Below, piece after piece: positions 10,043 through 21,772 of a stretch of DNA of 64,000 bases. The DNA is taken from NCBI GenBank assembly GCA_965284055.1, contig CBDIQV010000005.1:268745-332744 (forward strand), given 5' to 3'. Numbering within the stretch: position 1 is the first letter of the stretch; the number at the start of each line of letters is the position of its first letter. The stretch is from Caulobacteraceae bacterium (lineage in GTDB: Bacteria; Pseudomonadota; Alphaproteobacteria; Caulobacterales; Caulobacteraceae). The translations under genes and the position numbers were made by a program. The notes under the pieces were generated by a model. It saw only the letters and a program-made list of their open reading frames with translations, did no database searches and was not told the origin of the DNA.

Positions 10043-11465
10043 ATGTCGAACCCCTCCTCCACCGCTCGCGGCGTCGTCACCCGCTTCGCCCCCTCGCCCA
10101 CCGGCTTCCTGCACATCGGCGGCGCACGCACGGCGCTGTTCAACTGGTTATATGCACGCCATACGGGTGGAAAGTTCCTTCTTCGCGTCGAGGACACCGA
10201 TCGTGAGCGCTCGACCGAAGCCGCTGTCGCGGCGATCTTTGAGGGGCTAGACTGGCTGGGCCTGAAGTCCGACGAAGAGCCGGTTTTCCAGCACACTCGC
10301 GCCCCGCGCCACGCCGAGGTTGTGCAGCAACTGCTGGAACGCGGCCGCGCCTATCGCTGCTGGATGACGGTCGAGGAACTGGAAGTGGCCCGTGAAAAGG
10401 CCCGCGCCGAAGGCCACGCCATCCGCTCGCCCTGGCGCGACGCCCCGCCGCCGGCCGATCCGTCCGCGCCGCACGTGATCCGCTTCAAGGGCCCCGCCGA
10501 CGGCGAGACCCTGGTCGACGACCTGGTCAAGGGTCCGGTGACGTTCAAGAACACCGACCTCGACGACCTCGTGCTGCTGCGCGCCGATGGCGCCCCGACC
10601 TACAACCTCGCCGTGGTGGTCGACGACCACGACATGGGCGTCACCCATGTGATCCGGGGCGATGACCACCTCAATAACGCCGCCCGCCAGACCCTGATCT
10701 ATCAGGCGATGGACTGGGAACTGCCGGCCTTCGCCCACATCCCGCTGATCCACGGACCGGACGGCGCCAAGCTGTCCAAGCGCCACGGCGCACAGGCCGT
10801 CGGCGAGTTCGCCGACATGGGCTACATCCCCGAGGGCCTGCGCAACTACCTGGCCCGCCTGGGCTGGGGCCATGGCGACGACGAGGTGTTCAGCGACGCC
10901 CAGGCGATCGACTGGTTCGACGTCAAGGACGTGGTCAAGGCGCCGGCGCGCCTGGACTGGGCCAAGCTGAACCACATCAACAGCCAGCACCTGCGCCTGG
11001 CCGACGACGCCCGCCTGGCTGACCTGGTCCTGAACGCCCTGATCGCCCAGGGCGCGACGTCTGCCGTCCGACGCGGCCGCGCGTCTGCTGGCCGTTGTCC
11101 CGCAGGTCAAGGAAGGCGCCAAGACCATCCTCGAACTGGCCGAACATTGCGCGTTCGCGCTGAAAATCCGTCCGTTCGCGCTTGAGGAAAAAACCGCCAA
11201 ACAGCTGACCGAAGAGACGGTCGAGCGCCTGCGTCGCCTGCGCGACCGCCTGGCCCAGACTCCGGCCTGGGACGTCGAAGAGCTGGGAACGCTGTTGAAA
11301 TCCTTCGCGGAATCCGAAGGCGTCGGCTTTGGTAAATTCGGTCCGTCTCTGCGCGGCATTCTGACCGGCGGCTCGCAGGCGCCTGACCTGAACAAGATCA
11401 TGGCCGCCATCGGTCGCGACGAGACTCTTGGCCGTCTTGACGACGCGCTAGCTACGCGCGCATGA
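10043..11465 (+). pseudogene. gltX: glutamate--tRNA ligase, one frame break near 11055
   Basis: The ATG at 10043 lies within ORF 9893..11185. The HIGH motif ([14 protein letters not shown]) and KLSKR motif are present. The C-terminal 135 aa (...[29 protein letters not shown]...LDDALATRA) reads in another frame and stops at 11463-11465. Confidence 0.9.
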
Positions 11466-11531
11466 GGCGCTATAACGCAGCCGCGAAATGAAACTTGGAC
11501 TACTCGTTCCATCCAAGAAGGGGTCTCCCGC

Positions 11532-12812
<1,281 letters not shown>

Positions 12813-12838
12813 GTCAGCGATCCAACTGGATCTGGAAG

Positions 12839-12869
12839 AGCCCCGTCGCAAGGCGGGGCTTTTTCTTTG
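12839..12869 (+). terminator. rho-independent terminator downstream of gltA
   Basis: GC-rich stem agccccg...cggggct followed by ttttctttgg. Confidence 0.7.
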
Positions 12870-12871
12870 GA

Positions 12872-13138
12872 TCAGGGCTTGAGCAGAAAACCCAGGATCT
12901 CGGCCACGGCGCGGTAAAGCGCCTCGGGGATTTCTTCGTCGATCTCGATGGTCGACAGGGCCTGCGCCAGGGCGGGGTTCTCCTCGATCGGCACGCCGTG
13001 CTCTCGGGCGGTCTCGATGATTTTGTCGCCGACCCAGCCCTGACCCGACGCGACCACCTTGGGCGCGTCCGTGCCTTCATAGAGCAGGGCGACAGCGATC
13101 CTGCCGCGTGCTCCCGGGCCGCCGACGATGCCGGTCAT
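12872..13138 (-). CDS. stand-alone FlhB C-terminal-domain-like protein (EscU/YscU/HrcU family, YlqH-like)
   Basis: 88-aa ORF. AVALLYEGTDAPKVVASGQG...GVPIEENPALAQAL...IPEALYRAVAEILGFL matches the FlhB cytoplasmic subdomain. There are no TM segments and no NPTH autocleavage motif. Confidence 0.75.
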   Translation of the reverse strand: MTGIVGGPGARGRIAVALLYEGTDAPKVVASGQGWVGDKIIETAREHGVPIEENPALAQALSTIEIDEEIPEALYRAVAEILGFLLKP

Positions 13139-14916
13139 GACGCGCGGTCCACGAAATGACCCAGTTCGACGGGCGCTGTGACGGGCGATCCCGGATGAAC
13201 GGCGACCTCGGGTATCAGTTCAGCTTCCCGAAGGGCGGCGCCCAGCGACGCTTCGCCCGCGCTGAGTCGCAGTATGGTCTCGGGCCGTTCGACCCAGAGC
13301 CCGACCCGCGCGCACGCGCCCGTCAACGCCACATGGACATGTACCGGGCCCAGCGGCTCCACATCGATCGAGAACCGCGCGCGCCAGGTCTTTTCGATCG
13401 TCGGGCCGCCATCGGCTCCACCCCCGCCGCCGCCATCGCGACTGACCTCGAACTGCGCCACGGCGACACCCTGGGGCGTCTGGAACGGCAGATCGAAGAC
13501 CCAGCGCTGTGACCGGGTTTCAACCGGGGCCCCGGCGTCTCCCCGGCCTTCGGGCAAGGAGGCGATCTGCAACAGTTCCTGCCGGGCGATGGCGCCGTCC
13601 GCGTCCTTCAGCAGGCGGCGCGCCAGTTCGGCAGGGGCAAGGTTGGGCGGAAGGTCCGACGCCTTGGCGGCCTGAGCCGCCGTGGGGCCGCCCGCATAGG
13701 GCGGAGGCGGTCTTGGCGGGGCAGGACTGGATGCGGCGTAGGCGGCCCGCTCCCGCGAAACGTTTCCACGCGCCTCGTCATCCGACGGAGGGGCCTGCGT
13801 TGGCCGCGCCTCGATCATGTCCTCTTCGATCAGCCCGACCATCAAAAAGGGCCGAGCGGGCGGGATCTGGACGGGACGCGCATCGGTGTGCTGTTTCGCG
13901 GGCGGCGCATCGCTTTCCGGCGTCAGCGAGACGGCGTCGGCGTCTTCCTCCAGCGCCCCTTCGGCGAGGGCGACGGGCTTTGATTCTGGAGGCCCGGGAA
14001 CTGTCGATGGGGGGTCCATGAGCGCCCCGGTGACAGGAGGCGCGATCGACGGCGAGACCGTCGCGGCGGGCTTGGTTGACGGCGCCTGAACGAGGGCGGC
14101 GCTGCGGGCGATTGAAGCCTCAGGCGTGCGCGAGGCCTGAAGACCGCCGGCTGACGCCGGGGTGTAAGGGACCTGGGACGGCGGCGGCGTCTTCAAGGTG
14201 GCCGTGCCGCCCTCCCCACCCGGGTCAGCGGCGGCCGGCGTTTCGGCCAGCCACGCGCCCACCACGGCCTTGAAGACCGCCAGCGCGGCCTTCATGTCCC
14301 GTCCCGCGATATCCGGGACGGCTGAGGGCTGAACCGCCGGCCCATGGAGGGCCGGGATGGTCCGGGCCAGGCGCGCTTCCAGGAAGACGCCAGATCCCCG
14401 CACGGCGTCGCGAAGAGTCCCGGCGGTCACCGGGTTCTGGATCGGCACGGCCTTGGCCAACAAGGCCTGAGCCGCCTGGCGTACCGGTTGAGGCAGGTCG
14501 GAGCGCTCCAGGGCGACGTCGAGATCGGCCATCATCGGCGCCAGCCCCGACTGTCTGGACGCAGCCTGCGCGGCCGCCGTGCGAACCGCCGCCACCATCC
14601 GCTCCGCGACGCTGGGTTCCGCCCGGCGCGGGGAGCCCGTGATCGCCCCGTCCGCCAACGGATGATGTTCCGCCGGCGCGGTGGAGGTCTGCGCGGACTC
14701 GGCGATCGCGCCGTCTGTACCGCTGACCATCTCCCCAAGAACGGAACCGGCGTTCACGGCCGCGATCCTGGCCATGGCCAGCGCCAGCAGAACCTTGGAC
14801 GCATCGGCGGCGCCCCGGGTGGCGACACCGCGAGCACGGGCGTGACAGGCGCTTTGGGCTCTATCGCCATGACGTGAGGTCTCCCGTCGCGTGCGCACCG
14901 AGAAGATTCGACTCAA
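13135..14916 (-). CDS. FliK-like (flagellar hook-length control, Flg_hook C-terminal domain) Pro/Ala-rich protein
   Basis: 593-aa ORF with a long low-complexity P/A-rich centre. The C-terminal ...WRARFSIDVEPLGPVHVHVALTGACARVGLWVERPETILRLSAGEASLGAALREA resembles the FliK C-terminal domain. Its stop overlaps the start of the FlhB-like gene. The true start is probably internal (for example M48 at 14775). Confidence 0.6.
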   Translation of the reverse strand: MSRIFSVRTRRETSRHGDRAQSACHARARGVATRGAADASKVLLALAMARIAAVNAGSVLGEMVSGTDGAIAESAQTSTAPAEHHPLADGAITGSPRRAEPSVAERMVAAVRTAAAQAASRQSGLAPMMADLDVALERSDLPQPVRQAAQALLAKAVPIQNPVTAGTLRDAVRGSGVFLEARLARTIPALHGPAVQPSAVPDIAGRDMKAALAVFKAVVGAWLAETPAAADPGGEGGTATLKTPPPSQVPYTPASAGGLQASRTPEASIARSAALVQAPSTKPAATVSPSIAPPVTGALMDPPSTVPGPPESKPVALAEGALEEDADAVSLTPESDAPPAKQHTDARPVQIPPARPFLMVGLIEEDMIEARPTQAPPSDDEARGNVSRERAAYAASSPAPPRPPPPYAGGPTAAQAAKASDLPPNLAPAELARRLLKDADGAIARQELLQIASLPEGRGDAGAPVETRSQRWVFDLPFQTPQGVAVAQFEVSRDGGGGGGADGGPTIEKTWRARFSIDVEPLGPVHVHVALTGACARVGLWVERPETILRLSAGEASLGAALREAELIPEVAVHPGSPVTAPVELGHFVDRAS

Positions 14917-15026
14917 AGATAGTTAATGCGGATGAAGCAGGCGTTAACCTTAGCGCCTAGATCCGTGGTTTCATGGTTCGGTAACGATACTCCCCCCAAT
15001 CTGCGTGACCAACAGGGGCGTACAGT

Positions 15027-16763
15027 TTGATCAGGCCCGTCAGATCCCCGCGTTGGACAGACATCGTCGACCATCGACGCCGCGATCTGCTATCGATTGT
15101 TCCGATGACCTTGCTGGCCGCTGGCGGCAGCGCGATCTGGCTGGGCTTTCGACCGCCAATGGCCTGGCTGGCCTGCGTGTCGCTGTTGATCTCGGCCAAC
15201 TACCTTCTGTGCCGATGGATCGCCCGACGCGGTCACGCGTCCCCGGGCTACGAAGCCCTGCTGGCGGGATTCACGATCGTCTACACCACGCTCTACAGCG
15301 CTTTGCCCATGGCTCTGGTGATGCACGGTTCCAGGACTTCGGTGCTGGCCGGGGCCGCGATGCTGGGCGCCATCGCGCTGAGCAGCACGGCCGAGTTCGT
15401 GATCTCGCGCCTGATCGGCGCCGCCTCGCTCGTGGCCCTCCTGCTGATCACCCTGATTTCCGCAGGCCTGGCGAGCGGCGAAACGCCCCTGGGCCAGAGT
15501 GTGTTGGCCATCGTCGCCTCGGTCGCGTTCCTGGCCTACGTGCTGCAGTATGCGATGCAGCGGGAGAACACCGCGCGCGAGATGGCGGCGGCCCTCGATC
15601 TGGCGCAGGACAAGGAGACCGAGGCCGAAGCCGCCAACCAGGCCAAGACGGTATTCCTGGCCACCATGAGCCATGAGATCCGCACGCCTCTGAACGGTGT
15701 TCTGGGCATGGTGCAGGTCATGGAGCTGGACGCCCTGTCGGAGGGCCAGCGCGACCGTCTGCGGATCGTGCGCGAATCCGGCGAGGCCCTGACCACGATT
15801 CTCAACGATGTTCTGGACCTCTCCAAGATCGAGGCGGGACAGGTCGAGCTGGAAGCGATCGAATTCGATCTCGGTGACCTGCTCAGGACCAGCTGCCAGA
15901 CCTTCGCGATGCTGGCGGCCGAGAAGGGCCTGTCGCAGGAACTGCTCGTCGACGCCAACGCCCACGGGATCTATCGCGGCGATCCGGGACGCGTGCGGCA
16001 GGTCATTCACAACCTGCTGTCCAACGCCGTGAAGTTCACGCCCGCCGGAACGATCAAGGTCAGCGCCAGCCGCAAGCCCGACCGCGTCCGGATCTCCGTC
16101 GCCGACAGCGGACCGGGCTTCGACGATCACCAGCACGACAAGCTGTTCGGTCGATTTGTTCAGCTGGACGCCTCAACCACCCGTCGGCATGGCGGCGCGG
16201 GCCTGGGCCTGGCGATCTGTCGGGAACTTTGCGACCTGATGGGCGGGACGATCAGCGTCGACAGCCAGCCTGGTCAGGGCGCGACCTTCATGATCGACCT
16301 GCCCCTCGCCTATATCGGCGCGAGCTCGGAGGCGCCGAAGCGCGACGGCGCTCAGGCGCCCGCCGCGCGTCCCGCCCTGCGCGTGCTGGCGGCCGAGGAC
16401 AATCGCACCAATCAGATCATCCTCAGAGCCATGCTCCAGCAGGCCGGCATCGACCCGCTGATCGTTGAGGATGGCGCGCAGGCCGTGCAAGCCTGGTGCG
16501 ACAGCGATTGGGACGCCATCCTCATGGACATCCATATGCCGGTGATGGATGGCCTGACGGCGCTGGCCGAGATCCGGCGTCAGGAAGCCGAGACAGGTCG
16601 GGGCCGTACGCCGATCATCGCGCTGACGGCCAACGCCATGAGCCATCAGGTCGCCGAACTGCTCGGCGCCGGCATGGACGGCCATGTCAGCAAGCCCATC
16701 GATGTGGGGCAGCTGTTCGAGGCGCTGGATCGCGCGATCAGCGAGCGGACGCAGGCCCGCTAG
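15027..16763 (+). CDS. hybrid sensor histidine kinase/response regulator with N-terminal membrane domain
   Basis: 578-aa ORF with hydrophobic N-terminal helices, a HisKA H-box ([15 protein letters not shown]), HATPase G-boxes ([15 protein letters not shown]) and a C-terminal REC domain ([10 protein letters not shown]...[12 protein letters not shown]). Confidence 0.85.
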   Translation: MIRPVRSPRWTDIVDHRRRDLLSIVPMTLLAAGGSAIWLGFRPPMAWLACVSLLISANYLLCRWIARRGHASPGYEALLAGFTIVYTTLYSALPMALVMHGSRTSVLAGAAMLGAIALSSTAEFVISRLIGAASLVALLLITLISAGLASGETPLGQSVLAIVASVAFLAYVLQYAMQRENTAREMAAALDLAQDKETEAEAANQAKTVFLATMSHEIRTPLNGVLGMVQVMELDALSEGQRDRLRIVRESGEALTTILNDVLDLSKIEAGQVELEAIEFDLGDLLRTSCQTFAMLAAEKGLSQELLVDANAHGIYRGDPGRVRQVIHNLLSNAVKFTPAGTIKVSASRKPDRVRISVADSGPGFDDHQHDKLFGRFVQLDASTTRRHGGAGLGLAICRELCDLMGGTISVDSQPGQGATFMIDLPLAYIGASSEAPKRDGAQAPAARPALRVLAAEDNRTNQIILRAMLQQAGIDPLIVEDGAQAVQAWCDSDWDAILMDIHMPVMDGLTALAEIRRQEAETGRGRTPIIALTANAMSHQVAELLGAGMDGHVSKPIDVGQLFEALDRAISERTQAR

Positions 16764-17940
16764 GGTCGCGCCCCGATCGTTCGAGAAAGGCCAGCAACGC
16801 GTCGGCAGCCGCTTCCGAGGGATCGGGCATACCTCGGCCCATCCTCTCGAGCGCGGCGTTCTGCTCGGCCACCTGGGTGGCGCGCAGGTCCGGACTGTCG
16901 AGCCGCCGGGCCAGGGCCTTGGCCAGCGCCTGGCCTTCAAGGTCTTTCTGCAGATATTCGGGAGCGATCGCCTTGTCGGCGGCGATGTTGAACAGCGTCA
17001 CCCAGCGCGGCTTGAACAGCATCTTCAGCAGGCCATAGGTGATCGCGCCAGTGCGATAGCCCACCACCATGGGACAGCCTGCCAGGGCCAGTTCGGTGGT
17101 GACGGTGCCGCTGCAGGCCAGGGCGACCGTCCCGGCGACCATGGCGTCGTCCTTCAGCGCCTCGTCCTCGATGACATGGGCCCGGAAAGGCCATCCCGCG
17201 ACCCGCGCCTTGACCGCCTCGGCCACCGTGAAGGCCGCCGGCACGACCACGGCCAGATCGGGGCGTTCGGCCTTCAGGCGTCGCACCGCGTCCTCGAAGG
17301 CCGGCATGACCCGCTCGATCTCGGACGGCCGACTGCCCGGCAGGACCAGAAGAATGGGCTCATCCGCCGACACGCCGATGGCGGCGCGCAGGCGCGCGGG
17401 ATCAGCCCGGCTGAAATCCTTGGCCAGGGCCGAATTGCCGACGAAGACGCTCTCAAGGCCCGCGCTGTCGAAGAACGGCTTGTCCATCGGCTGGATCGAC
17501 AGCAGGAAGTCGACAGCCTTGGCCAGTCCCCTCGCCCGACCGGGGCGATACGCCCAGACCTGGGGCGCGACGTATTTCACCAATGGCAAGGCCGGGGTCT
17601 GCCGACGCAGCGCCTGGGCCAGCCGAATGTTGAAGCCCCAGGAATCGATCAGAACCGCCACGTCGGGCTTTTCGCGCTCCGCCAGCGCCAGGGTGTCCTT
17701 CAGCCGCGCCATGGCCCGGGGATAGGCCCGCAGGCTCTCGACGATGCCGATGATCGACAGTTGGGCGATGTCGAAGGGGCTGTCGACGCCCTCGTCCGCC
17801 ATCTTGGCGCCGCCGACGCCTACGAACCTTACGGCTTCGGCGCCGAGCTTCCGTTTCAGCGCCTTGGCCAGGCCGGCGCTGGCGGCCTCGAACACGGTGG
17901 CCTCCGCAGCGACCAGCATCACGGTCAGGGGGCGGCTCAT
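16738..17940 (-). CDS. lpxB: lipid-A-disaccharide synthase
   Basis: Intact 400-aa ORF in conserved position after lpxA/lpxI. Its 3' end overlaps the convergent kinase gene by 26 nt. Confidence 0.85.
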   Translation of the reverse strand: MSRPLTVMLVAAEATVFEAASAGLAKALKRKLGAEAVRFVGVGGAKMADEGVDSPFDIAQLSIIGIVESLRAYPRAMARLKDTLALAEREKPDVAVLIDSWGFNIRLAQALRRQTPALPLVKYVAPQVWAYRPGRARGLAKAVDFLLSIQPMDKPFFDSAGLESVFVGNSALAKDFSRADPARLRAAIGVSADEPILLVLPGSRPSEIERVMPAFEDAVRRLKAERPDLAVVVPAAFTVAEAVKARVAGWPFRAHVIEDEALKDDAMVAGTVALACSGTVTTELALAGCPMVVGYRTGAITYGLLKMLFKPRWVTLFNIAADKAIAPEYLQKDLEGQALAKALARRLDSPDLRATQVAEQNAALERMGRGMPDPSEAAADALLAFLERSGRDPSGPASAR

Positions 17941-18779
17941 CCCGGGCTCCGGGGCTCGACCCCCAGGACGAAGAGGCCCAGATCGTTGGCGCAGGCGATC
18001 ACCGCCTCACGGTCGACCACCAGCAGGCCGCCCGCCTCACCGACGATGCCCGACAGCCCGGCTCGGGCGGCGCGCTGCAGGGTGGCGACGCCGATCGTGG
18101 GCAGATCGACCCGTGTCTCCTGGATCGGCTTGGGAGCCTTGGCCAGGACGCCGCGACGACGCTCGGCCGTGCCGCGAAGGGCTTGTGGAAGCTCGGCCAC
18201 GCGCCGGAGCATCGCGTCGGTGCCCTCCTGGGCCTCGACCGCCAGTACCAGGCCATCGCAGACGACAGCGCCCTGCCCCACGTCCAGCTTACCGATCTCA
18301 CGCGCCACCAGCAGGGCGCGTTCGATGTCATGCTGGTCTTCCGGCCGGGGCGAACAGGCGCCGAGCACGCCGGAAGGCAGGGTCATTTCCCCTCGCACCT
18401 CATGGGCGCCCTCGATGTCGAAGCCTTCCTTCTCGAATTCGTCCAGCACCCGGCGAAGCAGGGCGTCATCGCCCTGGCGAGCCGCCTTGATCAGGGCCGG
18501 AAGAACCTTCACGCCTCGCAGGTCGGGCAGAAGGGCCGCCCAATCGGGACGGCTGACCGTGCCGGCGAAACAGACGACCTCACAGCCCTCCGCCTTCAAA
18601 GCCTTGAAGATCTTGCCGAACTCACCCAGCCCGACCTCGGCGCCAGGATAGCGCGAGAGGGATGCCTCGGCGAAGCTGCGCAGGCGCATCACGGCGAAAG
18701 GCCGTCCGGCCGTCTCGCAATGGGCGGCCAGTTCGACGGGAAGCGCGCCCCCGCCGGCGATCAGACCAAGCTTGCGCAT
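17937..18779 (-). CDS. lpxI: UDP-2,3-diacylglucosamine hydrolase LpxI (DUF1009)
   Basis: 280-aa ORF lying between lpxA and lpxB, as in Caulobacter. It has LpxI-like sequence (MRKLGLIAGGGALP..., GKLDVGQGAVV, EGTDAML). Confidence 0.8.
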   Translation of the reverse strand: MRKLGLIAGGGALPVELAAHCETAGRPFAVMRLRSFAEASLSRYPGAEVGLGEFGKIFKALKAEGCEVVCFAGTVSRPDWAALLPDLRGVKVLPALIKAARQGDDALLRRVLDEFEKEGFDIEGAHEVRGEMTLPSGVLGACSPRPEDQHDIERALLVAREIGKLDVGQGAVVCDGLVLAVEAQEGTDAMLRRVAELPQALRGTAERRRGVLAKAPKPIQETRVDLPTIGVATLQRAARAGLSGIVGEAGGLLVVDREAVIACANDLGLFVLGVEPRSPG

Positions 18780-18788
18780 GGAACGAGC

Positions 18789-19583
18789 CTAGACCTCGCG
18801 CTCGGGCAGGCAAAGCGGACGGTTGCCGTCGGCGCGGATGAAGTCGACGATCTCCATCACCTCGGCATTGCCGGCATGGATCTCTGCCACGTCCTCCAGG
18901 CGCTCCTGAAAGGTGCCTTCGTCGGCGAACAGCAGGCGATAGGCCGCGCGCAGGGCGTTGATCGCCTCGCGGCTGAAGCCCCGGCGCTTGAGCCCGACCA
19001 GATTCAGGCCCTCGAGGTGGGCGTGGTTGCCCCACACCGAGCCATAGGGGATCACGTCCTTGGTCACCGCAGCAAGGCCACCGATGAAGCTGTAGCGCCC
19101 GATGCGGGTGAACTGGTGCGCGGCGGCCAGACCGCCCACGAAGACGAAATCCCCGACATCGACGTGACCGCCCAGAGTCGCGCCCTTGGCCAGCACGACA
19201 TGGTCGCCGACGACGCAGTCGTGCGCCACATGGGCCTCGGCCATGTAGAAGCCGTCATTGCCCACCTGGGTGACGCCGCGACCGGACGCGGTGCCGGTAT
19301 TCATGGTCACGTGCTCGCGGATGATGTTGCGATCACCAATGACCAGCTCTGTCTTCTCGCCCTTGTAGCCCAGGTGCTGCGGCGGACCGCCAAGGGTGGT
19401 GAAGGGATACACCGCGCAGCCGACGCCAAGGGTCGTGACGCCGTCGATCACCACATGGGAGATCAGGCGCGTGCCAGCGCCGAGGGTGACGTCCGGGCCC
19501 ACGATGCAGAAGGGCCCGATCTCGACATCGTCAGCCAGACGGGCGCCGGGATCGACCAGGGCGGTCGGGTGAACCTGGGTCAT
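18789..19583 (-). CDS. lpxA: acyl-ACP--UDP-N-acetylglucosamine O-acyltransferase
   Basis: Intact 264-aa ORF with left-handed beta-helix hexapeptide repeats, in conserved position. Confidence 0.9.
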   Translation of the reverse strand: MTQVHPTALVDPGARLADDVEIGPFCIVGPDVTLGAGTRLISHVVIDGVTTLGVGCAVYPFTTLGGPPQHLGYKGEKTELVIGDRNIIREHVTMNTGTASGRGVTQVGNDGFYMAEAHVAHDCVVGDHVVLAKGATLGGHVDVGDFVFVGGLAAAHQFTRIGRYSFIGGLAAVTKDVIPYGSVWGNHAHLEGLNLVGLKRRGFSREAINALRAAYRLLFADEGTFQERLEDVAEIHAGNAEVMEIVDFIRADGNRPLCLPEREV

Positions 19584-20056
19584 TTGGTCGGCGTCTCCAC
19601 GACCATGGCGGCGAATTCGGCCTCGGCGGCCACCTTGTCACCGACCTTGGCCACGCCCTTGAACTTGAAGATGCTGGAGCGGGCGCGCGTGACCTCGACT
19701 TCCATGCGGATCACGTCGCCTGGGCGCACCGGGTTGCGGAAGCGCACGCCGTCGATCGACATGAAGAAGATGGTCTTGCCTTCGGTGTCGACTTCCAGCG
19801 ACTTGCTCATCAGCACCGCGCCCGTCTGGGCCATGGCCTCGACGATCAGCACGCCAGGCATGACCGGATTGCCCGGAAAGTGGCCCTGGAAGAACGGCTC
19901 GTTCATCGTCACGCACTTGATGCCGACGATGGACTGATGCGGGCGATAGTCCTCGGCGCGATCCACCAGCAGGAACGGATAGCGATGCGGAATCCTGGCG
20001 AGGATCTCGGCAATGTCGATCGCGGCTTGCGCCGGTTCGGCGACGTCTCGGCCCAT
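19580..20056 (-). CDS. fabZ: 3-hydroxyacyl-ACP dehydratase FabZ
   Basis: Lies in ORF 19580..20152. The probable start M33 (20056) sits just after the lpxD stop. Motifs are [12 protein letters not shown] and [12 protein letters not shown]. Confidence 0.9.
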   Translation of the reverse strand: MGRDVAEPAQAAIDIAEILARIPHRYPFLLVDRAEDYRPHQSIVGIKCVTMNEPFFQGHFPGNPVMPGVLIVEAMAQTGAVLMSKSLEVDTEGKTIFFMSIDGVRFRNPVRPGDVIRMEVEVTRARSSIFKFKGVAKVGDKVAAEAEFAAMVVETPTK

Positions 20057-20058
20057 AC

Positions 20059-21078
20059 TTAGCCCCTTGTTCCCCGGCCGCCCGCCATGCGTGACAGCCA
20101 TGCGGTCTCTCGGAGCCACCGCTTGAGCGGCCGCGCCGGAAACCCTGTCCATGTTTCACCTTCGGGCACGTTCTTGAACACCGACGCCGATGCGCCAATG
20201 CTCGCGCCCGAGCCGATGGTCAAATGATCCGCGACGCCGGCCTTGCCGCCGAACGCCACGCCGTCTCCGACGACCGTGCTGCCCGACAGCCCTGTATAGG
20301 CCGCCAGGACACAATTGCGACCCAGACGGACGTTGTGGGCGATCATGACCAGATTATCGATCTTGGTGTTCTCGCCGATCGTCGTATCGCTAAAGGCGCC
20401 CCGATCGACGCAGCTGTTGGCGCCGATCGTGACGCCGTCCTGGATCACCACCCGACCCAGTTGAGGCAGGTCGACCACACCCTTTGGGCCACCCGCAGCG
20501 CCGAAACCGGCTTCGCCGATCACCGCGCCTGCGTGGATGCTGACGCGGTCACCGATGATGGCGAAGCCCACGACGGCATTGGCGCCGATCAGGCCGTCGC
20601 GCTCGATCGTGACACCGGGACCGATCACGGCGCCCGGCGACAGGCGCGTGCCGCGTCCGATCCGCGCGCCCTGCCCGATCACGACACCGGGAGCCAGCTG
20701 GACACCGGCCTCGAGTTCGCAGTCGGGATGGATCGCGGGGGCCAGCGCTTCATGGCGACGCGGCGCGTGAAGCCGGCCAGCCGCTGCGGCCCAGGCCGCC
20801 TGCGGATGCGGCGTCAGAAGCGCCACACAGCCCGGGGCCAGAAATTCCTGGTGTTCGGCGCGCACGAAACACGCCGCCGCACGCGTGGAGCCCGCGACGT
20901 CGCGACGCTTGGCATCGGAGAAGAAGGTGACCGCGCCGTCATCCGCAGCGTCCAGGGGCGCGACATGGCGCACGAGACGGCCGGCGAAAGCCGGATCGGA
21001 GATCTGCGCGCCGCCAAGGTGCGCCAGTTCGGAGAGTGGCGCCGGACCCAGGTCATCAAAGAAGCGTGGGTCCGGCAT
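20059..21078 (-). CDS. lpxD: UDP-3-O-acylglucosamine N-acyltransferase
   Basis: Intact 339-aa ORF with hexapeptide repeats, in conserved position. Confidence 0.9.
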   Translation of the reverse strand: MPDPRFFDDLGPAPLSELAHLGGAQISDPAFAGRLVRHVAPLDAADDGAVTFFSDAKRRDVAGSTRAAACFVRAEHQEFLAPGCVALLTPHPQAAWAAAAGRLHAPRRHEALAPAIHPDCELEAGVQLAPGVVIGQGARIGRGTRLSPGAVIGPGVTIERDGLIGANAVVGFAIIGDRVSIHAGAVIGEAGFGAAGGPKGVVDLPQLGRVVIQDGVTIGANSCVDRGAFSDTTIGENTKIDNLVMIAHNVRLGRNCVLAAYTGLSGSTVVGDGVAFGGKAGVADHLTIGSGASIGASASVFKNVPEGETWTGFPARPLKRWLRETAWLSRMAGGRGTRG

Positions 21079-21124
21079 CTAGTCCTCTCGGCGGACAGCC
21101 CGGGCGAGGCCCGGGCCGACTCGC

Positions 21125-21772
21125 TTACTTATTGGTCGGCTGCAGAGCTTGAGCGCCCGGGACCGCTTGGTCCAGACGTTCGCGATCAAAGGTCAGCGTC
21201 TTGATGCGGGCGTTCAGCGCGGTCACCACGGCGTCGGTGATGTCCATGGCCGGATTGGCCAGCAGGACCGACTCGCGATCGACCAGCATGCCGCAGGTGC
21301 GTTGTTGGTAGACCTGCTTGATAGCCGGATCGAGCTCCTGATAGACGCGGGCCAGCGCCTTCTGCTCGGTGGCTTCGACTTCCTTCTGGCGCAGTTGGCC
21401 CTTGCGCTGCCAGGCATTGGCCTTGACTTGCAGGGCTGCGGCTTGCTGCTCGAGCGCGCCTTGCTCCATCGTCGCCTTCTTGCCGTCCAGCGCCTTGGCT
21501 TCGTTGTCGATCGCGGTGCGTTCGCCGGTCAGTTCGGCGTTCACCTGCTGGATGATCGTCTTCAGACGCGCGTCCACGGCCGCGCCAACTTGCGAGGCGC
21601 CAACGGCGCGCTGGCTCGAGAAGATGCAGACGCCGGGAATGGCGGCGCCGTGCGAGATCGCCGGAGCCGCAGGTGCGGCGGCCGGGGCCGTCTGCGCCAT
21701 GGCGCTGGTCGAGATGGCGATGGCGACGACGCTCGAAGCGGCCGCGAACAGGAACTTGGAGGTCATGATCAT
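21125..21772 (-). CDS. OmpH/Skp-family periplasmic chaperone
   Basis: 215-aa reading from MIMTSKF within ORF 21125..22270. It has a signal peptide (...AISTSAMAQ) and a coiled-coil Q/A/K-rich body. Its start overlaps the bamA stop. Confidence 0.8.
   Translation of the reverse strand: MIMTSKFLFAAASSVVAIAISTSAMAQTAPAAAPAAPAISHGAAIPGVCIFSSQRAVGASQVGAAVDARLKTIIQQVNAELTGERTAIDNEAKALDGKKATMEQGALEQQAAALQVKANAWQRKGQLRQKEVEATEQKALARVYQELDPAIKQVYQQRTCGMLVDRESVLLANPAMDITDAVVTALNARIKTLTFDRERLDQAVPGAQALQPTNK

Noticed and set aside
14917-15026. CtrA box (TTAA-N7-TTAA) or sigma54 promoter upstream of the FliK-like gene.
   Set aside because: The two TTAA motifs (14923, 14944) are 17 nt apart, not 7. The TGG...TTGG element on the minus strand near 15005-15020 has the wrong spacing and lacks the GC of the -12 box.
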